From Acidobacteriota bacterium (GTDB lineage Bacteria; Acidobacteriota; JAAYUB01), in NCBI GenBank assembly GCA_016935015.1, contig JAFGRT010000097.1:548-64547 (forward strand): a DNA stretch of 64,000 bases. The letters are read 5' to 3'. Position 1 is the first letter of the stretch; each line of letters begins with the position of its first letter. Positions 1-9,485 of the stretch are shown here, piece by piece. The position numbers and the translations under genes were made by a program. A model generated the notes under the pieces. The model was given only the letters and a program-made list of their open reading frames with translations. It ran no database searches and had not been told where the DNA came from.

Positions 1-3
1 CCG

Positions 4-2013
4 TCAGTTGGGGATGATCAATCGTTCACCAGGGTGCAGCGTGCTGCCTGTCAGCCGGTTGGCGCTCTTCAGGGAAGATATGTCCGTGTTGTAACGCCGG
101 GCGATCCCATACAACGTGTCGCCCCGGCGCACCACATGGACGCGCGGAGCGGCGGCGGCGGTTGTCATGCCGCCGGGGACCGTCAGCCGCTGGCCGGCAT
201 AAATCCGGCTCTGGCGCGAGAGGCCGTTGCTCGCCAACAGCTGGTCGAGGGAGGCCCCCAGCTTGCGGCTGATCCCCCACAACGTGTCGCCACGGAGCAC
301 GGTATAGGATCCGGCGGTGGCGCTCCGGCCGGTGGTACCCTGGCTGGCGGGTGCCGGGCGGTCGGCCAGGTCGAGTTTCATGCCGACCCGCAACAGGGAT
401 GATTCCAGCGCGTTGCGCTGCTGGATGACGCTGACGGGGATGCCGCTTCGCCGGGAGATGCCCCACAAGGTATCTCCGCGCTGGACGGTGTAGGTGCCCG
501 GACGGATGGGTTGGCTCGGGGCGTCGTCGGCATAGGGCGTCGCCGACGGCGAAATATTGGAGAGCGGCACCAGCAGGACCTGTCCGATCCGCAGGATGGG
601 ATTGCGGCCAGGCAGGCTGTTGTAACTCTTGATTGCGGCAATAGATACGCCGTATTGACGCGAGATCTTCCACAGGTTGTCGCCAGCACGCACCGGATGC
701 TGGATCCATTTCAGGCGATCCTTCATGGGCAGAGCGAAAAGGTCGGCCAGTTTCTCCTCCCCGGCTTGTACGGGAATGCGAAGATCGTATGTCTCCGTAT
801 CGGGGGGCGTCACTCGCCGGCGCAGGGCCGGATTGAGCTCCTGTAGGCTTTCCAGGGGGACGGCCAGGGCTTCGGCCACGATCTGCAGATCCGTGGGCGA
901 TGGGATGTCCACCGTCCGATAGCGATAGGGTTCGGCCTTCTGCGGCGAAAAACCGAACCGCTGGGGATCCTTGCCGATGATGATGGCCGCCAGGATGGCC
1001 GGCACGTAATTGCGGGTCTCGCGCGGCAGCTGGCGCCGCTCGCAGATTTCCCAGTAGTCGAGGTTGGGATAGCGCTTGAGGGTGCGGCCGACACGACCTT
1101 CGCCCGAGTTGTAAGCGGCCAGGACCAGGTACCAGTCCTCGAACTGGGCGTACAGGTTCTTCAGGTAACGGCAGGCCGCCCGGGTGGATTTTTCCGGGTC
1201 GGAACGTTCATCCACCCACCAGTCGACGCGCAAGCCGTACTTGCGCCCCGTCCAGGAGATGAACTGCCAGATGCCTTTGGCCTTGGCCCGGGAATAGGCG
1301 CGGGTGCTGTAATTGCTTTCCACCAGCCCAAAATACATCAGGTCGACGGGCAGCCCCTCTTCCTGAAAGATGCGGGTGAACAGTTCACGGTAGCGGACCA
1401 GCCGGTCCAGGCCGAGGGCGACCCGCTCCCGTTTTTTGCCGGTGGTCAGGTAATGGATGTAGGTGATGACCTGCTTGTTGATATAGATGGGAAAATCATA
1501 CTTGCGGTTGAGGATGTCATCCTCGATGAGATGCTCGATGGCCGGATCGATGGCGGTCGGAATAAGGTTGCCGTCCACCATTTCCTCGATGGGAGATGTC
1601 TCGGAATCGGCGTCGGGATAATCGCCGTTGGCGCTCCACAGGGCGATGGTGGGCAGCTGCTCCTGGTAGGCGGTGGAACGGGCCAGCAGTTCTTCGAAGA
1701 CGGCGAAGACCAGCTCGTTTTCCTCCACGGGGATGCCGCTATAAAAGAAGCTCTCCAAGGCATAGAGAAACTCCTCTTCCGCCTGGAAGGGGTCGCCCAG
1801 GTCCAGGTAGAGCTCGCCGAGTTGAAATGCTTCCCGCGCCTCCAGCAGGAGACTCATGTCCGGAGTCGAGGCGGTCGATTCATCGAACAGCTGATATTCC
1901 TGAATTTGTTGCCGGAGAGGATTGCCTTCGTGGGCGGGAGGTGCCGATGCGGCAAGGAGAGGAATATGTAGTACACCATAAATGAAAAATGAAATAACAA
2001 GTTTTCTCTTCAT
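4..2013 (-). CDS. mltD: Membrane-bound lytic murein transglycosylase D-like (SLT domain + three LysM repeats), secreted
   Basis: N-terminal signal peptide MKRKLVISFFIYGVLHIPLLAASA. Central lytic-transglycosylase (SLT) region. C-terminal LysM repeats: GDTLWGISR.., YTVLRGDTLWGISRK, HVVRRGDTLYGIARRY. TGA stop at 4-6 on the minus strand. Confidence 0.8.
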   Translation of the reverse strand: MKRKLVISFFIYGVLHIPLLAASAPPAHEGNPLRQQIQEYQLFDESTASTPDMSLLLEAREAFQLGELYLDLGDPFQAEEEFLYALESFFYSGIPVEENELVFAVFEELLARSTAYQEQLPTIALWSANGDYPDADSETSPIEEMVDGNLIPTAIDPAIEHLIEDDILNRKYDFPIYINKQVITYIHYLTTGKKRERVALGLDRLVRYRELFTRIFQEEGLPVDLMYFGLVESNYSTRAYSRAKAKGIWQFISWTGRKYGLRVDWWVDERSDPEKSTRAACRYLKNLYAQFEDWYLVLAAYNSGEGRVGRTLKRYPNLDYWEICERRQLPRETRNYVPAILAAIIIGKDPQRFGFSPQKAEPYRYRTVDIPSPTDLQIVAEALAVPLESLQELNPALRRRVTPPDTETYDLRIPVQAGEEKLADLFALPMKDRLKWIQHPVRAGDNLWKISRQYGVSIAAIKSYNSLPGRNPILRIGQVLLVPLSNISPSATPYADDAPSQPIRPGTYTVQRGDTLWGISRRSGIPVSVIQQRNALESSLLRVGMKLDLADRPAPASQGTTGRSATAGSYTVLRGDTLWGISRKLGASLDQLLASNGLSRQSRIYAGQRLTVPGGMTTAAAAPRVHVVRRGDTLYGIARRYNTDISSLKSANRLTGSTLHPGERLIIPN

Positions 2014-2217
2014 AGTTCCGTAATGTAATAGATATTTTTCGTTTTGTCAATCAGTAAAGTTATTGTTTGGATCACTTGAATAAATAGGAAATTTCCGTGC
2101 CGGTTACCGAAATGGGTATGCTATACTGAAAATTCTTCCGCCACACTCCCCCGCGGGATTCCGTCCCGGTGGCGGGCTGGGTGAAAGCTGCCAGCCGTCC
2201 AAAAATGACCGGATCGG

Positions 2218-3006
2218 GTGACCGACATGCTGATCAGCAGCCGATCGAATGAAAAAGTCAAACAATTCATCCGGGTGAAACGCAACATCCTGGCCCATCA
2301 CCCTTGGTTCGTGGTGGAAGGAGAGAAGCTGTTGCGTGAGGCGGCCGCCTCGCCCCACCGCATCGTCACGGTGTTCGTTTTACAAAGCTGGGAGAGCCGG
2401 TTGGGCAACCTGCCGTCCTGTGAAATCCATTCAGTTACGGCGGAAGTGATGCAGAAACTTACCTCCCTGCGCCAGCCGACGTGGGTGGTTGCCCTGTGTC
2501 GTCGCGAAGGGACGCCGGCCCTCCCCGATCTGCTGGCACCTACGCCCTGGCTTATTCTGGACGGTCTGCAGGATCCGGGAAATGTGGGCACCATCTTCCG
2601 GGCTGCTGAAGCATTCGGTTCGCCGCCGCTGATCCTGCTGCCGCCGTCGCCGGCCCCTTTTCATGAAAAGGTGATTCGCGCCAGCGCCGGTTCGGTGCTA
2701 AGGGTGCCTTACTGGCGACCGGCCGACCATCAGCAGTTGCTGGATGAACTGCGCGAGCGGGAGATCCCCCTCTGGCTGCTGGAACCCGCCGGTGAAACGG
2801 CCCTGGACGATGTGAAACCGGGCGCCGCAACGGCCTTTCTGGTGGGGAACGAGGGGCATGGTCCCAGTCCGGCCCTGGCGGCCATGGTGCAGTGGACGAT
2901 CCGCATTCCCATGGCCGCCGGTGTGGACTCCCTGAACGCCGCCACGGCGGCCGCCATCCTGTTGCATCATCTCTTTCCGGTCCCATCCGCTGCGCCGCGA
3001 CCCTGA
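2218..3006 (+). CDS. TrmH/SpoU-family RNA 2'-O-methyltransferase
   Basis: SpoU_methylase motifs LILDGLQDPGNVGTIFRAAEAFG and IPMAAGVDSLNAATAAAILL. Start may be the GTG at 2218 or the ATG at 2227. Confidence 0.75.
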   Translation: MTDMLISSRSNEKVKQFIRVKRNILAHHPWFVVEGEKLLREAAASPHRIVTVFVLQSWESRLGNLPSCEIHSVTAEVMQKLTSLRQPTWVVALCRREGTPALPDLLAPTPWLILDGLQDPGNVGTIFRAAEAFGSPPLILLPPSPAPFHEKVIRASAGSVLRVPYWRPADHQQLLDELREREIPLWLLEPAGETALDDVKPGAATAFLVGNEGHGPSPALAAMVQWTIRIPMAAGVDSLNAATAAAILLHHLFPVPSAAPRP

Positions 3007-3060
3007 AGGAACCGGGATGCCGGGCGACACGACGGGCCGGCCGGGGTTGAAGTATACGCC

Positions 3061-4464
3061 ATGATGAATGACGCGAAACACGGCAAGAGCATGCAAGGCT
3101 CCCTGTTCGAGACGGATTCCACCCCGCCGCCGGCCGAGCGAGTGCCCCTGGCCCATCGGGTGCGGCCGCGGCACCTGGATTTGTTCGCCGGTCAGGAGCA
3201 TATCCTCGGACCCGGACGACCGTTGCGTCGGATGCTGGAATCCGGCAAGATCCACTCCATGATCCTGTGGGGACCGCCGGGAACCGGCAAGACGACCCTG
3301 GCCTGGATCATCGCAGAAATCATGCAAACGCACGTGGTGAGCTACAGCGCCGTGGTGACGGGCATTAAGGAAGTGCGGGATGTGATGTCCGACGCGGCCT
3401 ATTTCTTTGACAAGACCGGCCGCCAGACACTCCTGTTCATTGACGAGATCCACCGCTTCAACAAGGCCCAGCAGGATGCCTTCCTCCCGTTTCTGGAGAA
3501 GGGTCAGATCCTCCTGATCGGCACGACGACGGTCAATCCGAGTTTCGATCTGAACGCGGCCCTGCTCAGCCGCTTGAAGGTGTATGCTTTCCACAGTCTG
3601 TCCGATGTGGAGATTCAGTCCATCCTGGAGAGGGTCATGGAGAAGCAGGAACCCGCCATCGTGCCGGAAGGCATCCGGTTGGAAGCGGACCTGCTGCACA
3701 AGATCGCCCTGTTTTCCTCGGGTGACGCACGACGGGCCCTCAACTTGCTGGAACATCTTCTCGGATACCGGCCGTGGGCGAAGGGGGAGGGCCCGACGGC
3801 GCAGGACCTGGAGGCCGTTCTTCAGCAGAAGACCTTCCTCTACGACAAGGATGGCGAAGAGCATTACAATATGCTGTCCGCGTTTCATAAATCCATGCGC
3901 AACAGCGATGTGGATGCCACAGTCTACTGGGCGGTACGGATGCTGGAATCGGGCGAGGACCCGCGGAACGTCTGCCGGCGGATCGTCCAGTGCGCGTCGG
4001 AGGATATCGGCCTGGCCGATAACCACGCCCTCCAGCTGGCCAATCAGGCCTGGCAGGCCTATGAATTCCTGGGTATGCCCGAGGGCCGGTTGGCCATTTT
4101 GCAAGCGGCCATCTACAATGCGGTGGCGCCCAAATCCAACTCGGTCCTGCAGGCGTATCTGGCGGTGACGGATGATCTGCGGGCCACGCGTAATGAGCCG
4201 GTCCCCCTGCACCTGCGCAACGCGCCCACCCGGCTGATGAAAGAACTGGGCTACGGTGAGGAATACCTCTATGCCCATGACCACGAGGAAGGAACCACCA
4301 ACATGCCCTGCCTGCCGGCGGGGCTCGCGGAAAAGATATATTATTCCCCTTCCGGGGCTGGTCTTGAAATGAGAATTCGTGATAAAATAGCAGAGATCAA
4401 GCGAAGAAAAGCGGCATTCGGAGAACGGACACGGCCGGACAAGCGAAGTACGGAAGATCGCTAG
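3061..4464 (+). CDS. rarA: Replication-associated recombination protein A (AAA+ ATPase RarA/MgsA)
   Basis: Walker [12 protein letters not shown], Walker [13 protein letters not shown], MgsA C-terminal helical domain. Length 467 aa is typical. Confidence 0.85.
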   Translation: MMNDAKHGKSMQGSLFETDSTPPPAERVPLAHRVRPRHLDLFAGQEHILGPGRPLRRMLESGKIHSMILWGPPGTGKTTLAWIIAEIMQTHVVSYSAVVTGIKEVRDVMSDAAYFFDKTGRQTLLFIDEIHRFNKAQQDAFLPFLEKGQILLIGTTTVNPSFDLNAALLSRLKVYAFHSLSDVEIQSILERVMEKQEPAIVPEGIRLEADLLHKIALFSSGDARRALNLLEHLLGYRPWAKGEGPTAQDLEAVLQQKTFLYDKDGEEHYNMLSAFHKSMRNSDVDATVYWAVRMLESGEDPRNVCRRIVQCASEDIGLADNHALQLANQAWQAYEFLGMPEGRLAILQAAIYNAVAPKSNSVLQAYLAVTDDLRATRNEPVPLHLRNAPTRLMKELGYGEEYLYAHDHEEGTTNMPCLPAGLAEKIYYSPSGAGLEMRIRDKIAEIKRRKAAFGERTRPDKRSTEDR

Positions 4465-4554
4465 ATTTTTATCATTCGGACGCATTTCGTGTTTACATCG
4501 TTTTTCGAATCATGTACTATTTCTTGAAAATAAAATCATTTAGAGGGTGCTCAC

Positions 4555-7500
4555 ATGAGCGACAGGAAATTATTGGTGGCTGATTACAATACCCGTGAAT
4601 TGCAGCGGTTGAGAAAATTATTCACCGAAAACGGGTATGAGGTCGTCGCCGTCCAGGATGGGAAAAGTGCACTGGACAAGTTTTTCGCCGAGAAACCCCA
4701 CGTGGTGTTGCTGTCGGCTATGCTGTCCAAAATCAATGGCTTCGATGTCTGCCTGCAGATCAAGAACAGCACCGAGGGCATGAACACACCCGTTATTTTG
4801 GCCACGGCCGTATACAAGGGGCAGAAATACCGGGCCAAGGCCATCCACGAAAACAAGGCCAGTGAATTCATTGAGAAACCCATTCCCGACGATAAGCTGC
4901 TGGAGATCATCAGCGAATTCTTCGGTGACACCCGCCAGCTGATCAGCCGGAAAAAGGGCGTTCTCATGGAAAAAGAGGCCGCTCCGGAAGAATCTACACC
5001 TGCGGAAGAGGCGGCGGAAACACGCGTTGAGATGGCGGCATTGGCCGAGTCCGCCGTGCCGGAACCGGAGGAGGCCCCGACGCTGGAAAGCGGGGGCGAT
5101 GATTCCCTGGATCGACGCCTGCAAGAAGAGATATCGGCGACGTTGCTGATCACCGAGGCCGATGTGGAAAAGACCGACGATTCGGCCGCCCTGGACAACC
5201 TGCTGAGCGAAACCCTGTCCGGTTTAGGAATTGATATGGGCCAGGGGCGGCCGTCGCCGCCGGCGGAAAAGACAATCGAAGCGACCATTTTGGAGGCGGC
5301 GAAAAAACCCGATACAGCCGAGCTGAAACTGGATGCGCTGGAGAAGGAAGTGGCCGAAGAGGTGGAGGAGGAGCATCCCGGAGAGGCCGCGGTCAAGAAG
5401 ATCCTGAGCTCATTCGATACCGATCTGGAGCGAAAGCTTAGTGATACGTTGAGTGGGGTGGGACTGTCCGATACCAGTATCGACCGGGTCGTGGACAAGC
5501 CCCATCCGGAGGACGAGGCGATTCCGGCGGCAGTTGAGGGGGAGCTTGAGGCCGAAGCGGCAGCCGGGGCTGAACCCGCAGTCGAGCCCGAAGAGATTCC
5601 GGAGGAGGAAGGCGTCAAGTTCGGCCACTATCTCCTGCTGGACAAAATCGGCACCGGCGGTATGGCCGAGCTTTTCAAAGCCAAGAAGCGGGGCGAGGAG
5701 GGTTTCCAGAAGATCGTGGCCATCAAGCGAATCCTGCCGCATCTGTCGGAAAACCAGGAACTGGTGACCATGTTCATCGACGAGGCGAAAATCGCCGCCC
5801 AGCTTTCCCATCAGAACATCGCCAATATTTTCGATTTCGGCAAGATCGACAAGTCGTACTTCATTTCCATGGAGTACGTCGACGGTTTTGATCTGCGCAA
5901 CATCCTCAGCACTGCCAAGAAGAAAAATGTCCCGGTCCCCCACAAGATCGCCGCCTACATCGCCATGCAGATCGCCAGTGCTCTGGACTACGCCCATCAC
6001 AAGAAGGATTTCGGCAACAAGGATCTGAACATTGTTCATCGGGATGTGAGTCCCCAGAATGTACTCATTTCCCGGGAAGGTGAAGTGAAGTTGGTGGACT
6101 TCGGCATCTCCAAGGCCGAGTCCAAGATTCATCATACCGTGAAGGGGGCGCTGAAAGGCAAGCTGCTGTATATGAGTCCGGAGCAGGCCTGGGGCAAGAA
6201 CGTGGACAAGCGCTCCGATCTCTATTCCCTGGGCATCGTGCTGTGCGAGATGGTCAGCGGCAAGGTGCTGTTCGAGGATTCCTCGGAGTTTGATGTATTG
6301 GAGAAAGTCCGCTCCGGCAAGATGCCCTTGCTGGAAAACACCATGAGCTCCATCCCGACCAATCTGAAGGCCATCATCGACCAGGCATTGAAGATCGACA
6401 TCGAGGAACGCTATCAGGACGGTGGTCAGATTGCCAAGCGGCTTCACGATTATCTGAACATGTCCCGTTCCGTGCCGACGCCCAAGGACATCCGTGCCTT
6501 TCTCACCAAGTTGTTTCCGGAAAACTTCGGCTTGAAGGATACGGACGTGATCAACCTCACGTTCGATGAATTTATGGAGGAAGAGGCGCCGGCCGAGGCG
6601 ACCAGCGGTTCCGAGACGGTGCTGCTGGACGCCGGGGAACTCGAAGGGCTGGAGGAACTGCGTGGTGAGGAGTTCCCCTCCGTGGATGAAACCATCCAGG
6701 TGGCGGTGACGGAAGAAGAGGAATTGCCCGTCGGGGCCGATTTCCAGGAGGAACGGCCGGCGGCGGAAAAGGTCGGTGAAGAGGTGCCGGCCGAGGACGA
6801 GGAAATCCTGGTGGCAGCAGAGGTTCCGCCGATGGCCGTGGAGGACGAAAGCGACTCCGGTCCGCAGGCCCTGGAATTTGAGGAAGAAGCGGTGGAGGAA
6901 GCGGACGAAGCCGTGGCCGCGCCGGTTGCCGCCAAGGCGACGCCGGTCAAGGAGACGACCTCGGTGTTGCATGCCCGGAAAAAGAAAGACATCGGGCCGC
7001 CCCCCAGTTTTGCCACACCGGCTCCTGAGCGGAAATCGTCTTCCAAAATGCCCCTCATTGTGGCGGCAGTAGCCGCAGTGGCGGTGATCGTCATTCTCAT
7101 TTTCATCTTCTTACCGGGCACCCAGGCCCCGCCTCCCCAACCGACATCGGAAGAATTGGCCGGTACGCCGGCTCAGCTACCGGCGGAAACCGGCGGACAG
7201 GCTGTGCCGGGCGAAACTCCCGCCGAGGGCGACCAGGTGACCGCCACGCCGGCGGAAGAGGGTGCCCCGGCAACCCCGACAGGAGAGACGATCACCCCGG
7301 CGGAAACGACGACCCAGGCGGCCGCACCAACGGCGGCAAAGCCGGAACCGCCGGTCCGCGAGGAACAGGCCCCTGCCCGTCCGGAACCGGTCCGCGAGGC
7401 GCAGGCGAAGGCCCAGGAAAAACCGGCCGCCACACCGACCCAACCGGCACCGAAACCGGCCGAGGCGGCGGTCAAACCCGTGGAGGCCACACCGCCGTCA

Positions 7501-8049
7501 CCGAAAGAACCTGAACCAAAAACGGAAGCGGCGGAACCGGTTAAGACGACGACAGAAACCACTGCGGCCAAGACGGAAACTTCACCCAAACCTGCCGCCA
7601 GTGAATCCAAACCCGAGCCCAAAACCCAGCCCAAGACCGAAAAACCGGCCTCTCCGCCGGCGGAGAAAGAAGTCAAGGCCGATACACCCGCCGGTTCAGG
7701 CCTGCAGATGACCCTGCCGCAGAAATCAGACGAATCCAAGGTCAAGGAAGGGGATATCGTTGCCGAAGGGGACGCCATTCCCCCGCAACTCCTGAAGCAG
7801 GTGCCGCCGCGATATCCGGATATCCTGCGCCGGATGAATCTGAAGAGCTGCAAGCTGATTTGCCGCATCCTCATTTCCCACACCGGCGCAGTGGAGGACG
7901 TCGTGGCGGTGACGGCCATCCCGTCTACCGCGAAGCAGGTTCTCGAACCCGAGGCCCAGCGGGCGCTGAAACAGTGGAAATACAAACCCGCGGAAAAGGA
8001 CGGAGTCAAGGTGAAAGTGTGGAAAACGGTCACCTTGTCATTCAAATAA
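4555..8049 (+). CDS. Multidomain signalling protein: atypical receiver (REC) + Hanks-type Ser/Thr protein kinase + single TM helix + Pro/Ala/Thr/Lys/Glu-rich spacer + TonB C-terminal domain
   Basis: REC-like N-terminus (KLLVADYNTRELQ..VVLLSAMLSKINGFD..IEKPI). Kinase motifs GTGGMAEL (Gly loop), VAIK, HRDVSPQNVL, DFGISK, MSPE. TM helix MPLIVAAVAAVAVIVILIFIFL. ~330-aa low-complexity PAPKPAE/PEPK region. C-terminal PPRYPDILRRMNLKSCKLICRILISHTGAVEDVVAVTAIP...VKVKVWKTVTLSFK resembles TonB_C. Confidence 0.8.
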   Translation: MSDRKLLVADYNTRELQRLRKLFTENGYEVVAVQDGKSALDKFFAEKPHVVLLSAMLSKINGFDVCLQIKNSTEGMNTPVILATAVYKGQKYRAKAIHENKASEFIEKPIPDDKLLEIISEFFGDTRQLISRKKGVLMEKEAAPEESTPAEEAAETRVEMAALAESAVPEPEEAPTLESGGDDSLDRRLQEEISATLLITEADVEKTDDSAALDNLLSETLSGLGIDMGQGRPSPPAEKTIEATILEAAKKPDTAELKLDALEKEVAEEVEEEHPGEAAVKKILSSFDTDLERKLSDTLSGVGLSDTSIDRVVDKPHPEDEAIPAAVEGELEAEAAAGAEPAVEPEEIPEEEGVKFGHYLLLDKIGTGGMAELFKAKKRGEEGFQKIVAIKRILPHLSENQELVTMFIDEAKIAAQLSHQNIANIFDFGKIDKSYFISMEYVDGFDLRNILSTAKKKNVPVPHKIAAYIAMQIASALDYAHHKKDFGNKDLNIVHRDVSPQNVLISREGEVKLVDFGISKAESKIHHTVKGALKGKLLYMSPEQAWGKNVDKRSDLYSLGIVLCEMVSGKVLFEDSSEFDVLEKVRSGKMPLLENTMSSIPTNLKAIIDQALKIDIEERYQDGGQIAKRLHDYLNMSRSVPTPKDIRAFLTKLFPENFGLKDTDVINLTFDEFMEEEAPAEATSGSETVLLDAGELEGLEELRGEEFPSVDETIQVAVTEEEELPVGADFQEERPAAEKVGEEVPAEDEEILVAAEVPPMAVEDESDSGPQALEFEEEAVEEADEAVAAPVAAKATPVKETTSVLHARKKKDIGPPPSFATPAPERKSSSKMPLIVAAVAAVAVIVILIFIFLPGTQAPPPQPTSEELAGTPAQLPAETGGQAVPGETPAEGDQVTATPAEEGAPATPTGETITPAETTTQAAAPTAAKPEPPVREEQAPARPEPVREAQAKAQEKPAATPTQPAPKPAEAAVKPVEATPPSPKEPEPKTEAAEPVKTTTETTAAKTETSPKPAASESKPEPKTQPKTEKPASPPAEKEVKADTPAGSGLQMTLPQKSDESKVKEGDIVAEGDAIPPQLLKQVPPRYPDILRRMNLKSCKLICRILISHTGAVEDVVAVTAIPSTAKQVLEPEAQRALKQWKYKPAEKDGVKVKVWKTVTLSFK

Positions 8050-8089
8050 GCATAAATACAACTATTTTACCAGATGGGAGGTAGCTTTG

Positions 8090-8341
8090 ATGGAACTTAC
8101 GAAGGAACAACGGAAATTCTATGAAGAGACACGGGAGATGTCCCGGAAGGAAATCGAGGACATCGACAAGAAGATCGAAGAAGAATTGTCACGAGTGAAG
8201 CTCCGTCTGATTGAACTCCAGAACGCCAAAAAGGCGGCCCGGCAGATATATGATGGTGCCTGCGCCCGACTCGGAGTCAAGAGTGAACTTTCCGACACGG
8301 GTGTGGATATTTCCAAGGAAGCAAAATCACTGGTGGAATAA
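8090..8341 (+). CDS. Small coiled-coil hypothetical protein (83 aa)
   Basis: GGGAGG RBS at 8076-8081, 8 nt before ATG 8090. Charged, heptad-like sequence EELSRVKLRLIELQNAKKAARQ. Followed by a rho-independent terminator. Confidence 0.5.
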   Translation: MELTKEQRKFYEETREMSRKEIEDIDKKIEEELSRVKLRLIELQNAKKAARQIYDGACARLGVKSELSDTGVDISKEAKSLVE

Positions 8342-8401
8342 TTTGCTCTGCGGCGGCTTTCGTCAAGCGCCGCTCGGGGAACGGGGCACGATCTGGATGG
8401 A

Positions 8402-8440
8402 GGATGCATCTGTCGGCAGACAGGTGCATCCCGTTTTTTT
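8402..8440 (+). terminator. Rho-independent terminator (13-bp stem with one mismatch, GGCA loop, T7 tract)
   Basis: ggatgcatctgtc-ggca-gacaggtgcatcc followed by cgttttttt. Lies downstream of the kinase/small-ORF unit. Confidence 0.6.
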
Positions 8441-8460
8441 CTAGAAAGAGGGGGGGGTAC

Positions 8461-9471
8461 ATGAAAGAAGCCTATCTTTACGAAAAACTGCCGGAGGGGG
8501 GCGTACGCTGCCAGTTGTGCAGCCATTACTGCCGAATCCAGCCGAACCGGCGGGGCATCTGTCATGTCCGCGAATGCCGGGGGGATCGCCTGGTAACCCT
8601 CGTGTATGACCGCGTCGTTTCCATGCAGGGCGATCCCATCGAGAAGAAACCGTTTTTTCATTTCCTGCCGGGAACCGACTCCCTGTCCATCGCCACGGTG
8701 GGGTGCAATTTTCGCTGTGAATTCTGTCAGAATTACAGCATCTCCCAGTATCCGCAGGAACACAACGACATTCCCGGCACTCCCGTTACGCCGGAGGAGA
8801 TCGTGGATATCGCCGCAGCGCGGGGCTTTCGCAGTATTTCGTACACCTATACGGAGCCGACGGTTTTCTTTGAATTGGCCTATGACACGGGCGTGTTGGC
8901 CCGCCGGCGGGGATTGCGCAACAATTTCGTGTCCAATGGATTCATGACCCCCCGGGCCATCGAAAAAATGAGCGATTTTCTCGATGCCGCCAATATTGAT
9001 CTGAAGAGTTTTTCCGACGAGTTTTATCGGAAGTACTGCGGCGGCCGCCTGGAGCCGGTTTTGGATTCCATCCGGCGCCTGCATGAGGCCGGCATCTGGC
9101 TGGAAGTGACCACCCTGGTAATTCCGGGTTTAAACAGCGAGGCCGATGAACTGCACCGACTGGCCGCCTTCCTGGCTGACGTCGACCCGAGAATCCCCTG
9201 GCATGTCTCGGCCTTTCACCCCGATTACCATATGACGGACCGGCCCCGGACGAGCATCCGTCATCTGGAGCAGGCCGTTACGGCCGGGCAGGAGGCCGGT
9301 CTCAGGTACATCTATTTCGGCAACACACCCGGCCATCGGTCGGAAAGCACGTTCTGTCCCCATTGCGGGCAACTGCTGGTGGAGCGTCGCGGGTTTGCGG
9401 TCATCAAGAACCGGTTGGTGAAACCCGTTTGCCCGGACTGTCGGGGGGAGATCGATATCATTCTTGATTGA
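8461..9471 (+). CDS. AmmeMemoRadiSam-system-type radical SAM enzyme (PFL-activase-like)
   Basis: MKEAYLYEKLPEGGVRCQLCSHYCRIQPNRRGICHVRE (N-terminal Cys cluster). Radical-SAM CxxxCxxC motif in GCNFRCEFCQNYSISQ. Poly-G/GGAGG-like RBS before ATG 8461. Track ORF start 8404 is probably too early. Confidence 0.7.
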   Translation: MKEAYLYEKLPEGGVRCQLCSHYCRIQPNRRGICHVRECRGDRLVTLVYDRVVSMQGDPIEKKPFFHFLPGTDSLSIATVGCNFRCEFCQNYSISQYPQEHNDIPGTPVTPEEIVDIAAARGFRSISYTYTEPTVFFELAYDTGVLARRRGLRNNFVSNGFMTPRAIEKMSDFLDAANIDLKSFSDEFYRKYCGGRLEPVLDSIRRLHEAGIWLEVTTLVIPGLNSEADELHRLAAFLADVDPRIPWHVSAFHPDYHMTDRPRTSIRHLEQAVTAGQEAGLRYIYFGNTPGHRSESTFCPHCGQLLVERRGFAVIKNRLVKPVCPDCRGEIDIILD

Positions 9472-9485
9472 CTGACAGGAGTCCC

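Noticed and set aside
2698-4485. 595-aa minus-strand ORF
   Set aside because: Antisense to the well-supported rarA gene. Gly/Arg/Pro/His-rich composition typical of GC-driven spurious ORFs.
5410-6972. 520-aa minus-strand ORF (and 4584-5618, 7173-8045)
   Set aside because: Antisense to the kinase-fusion gene. No recognisable motifs and low-complexity composition.
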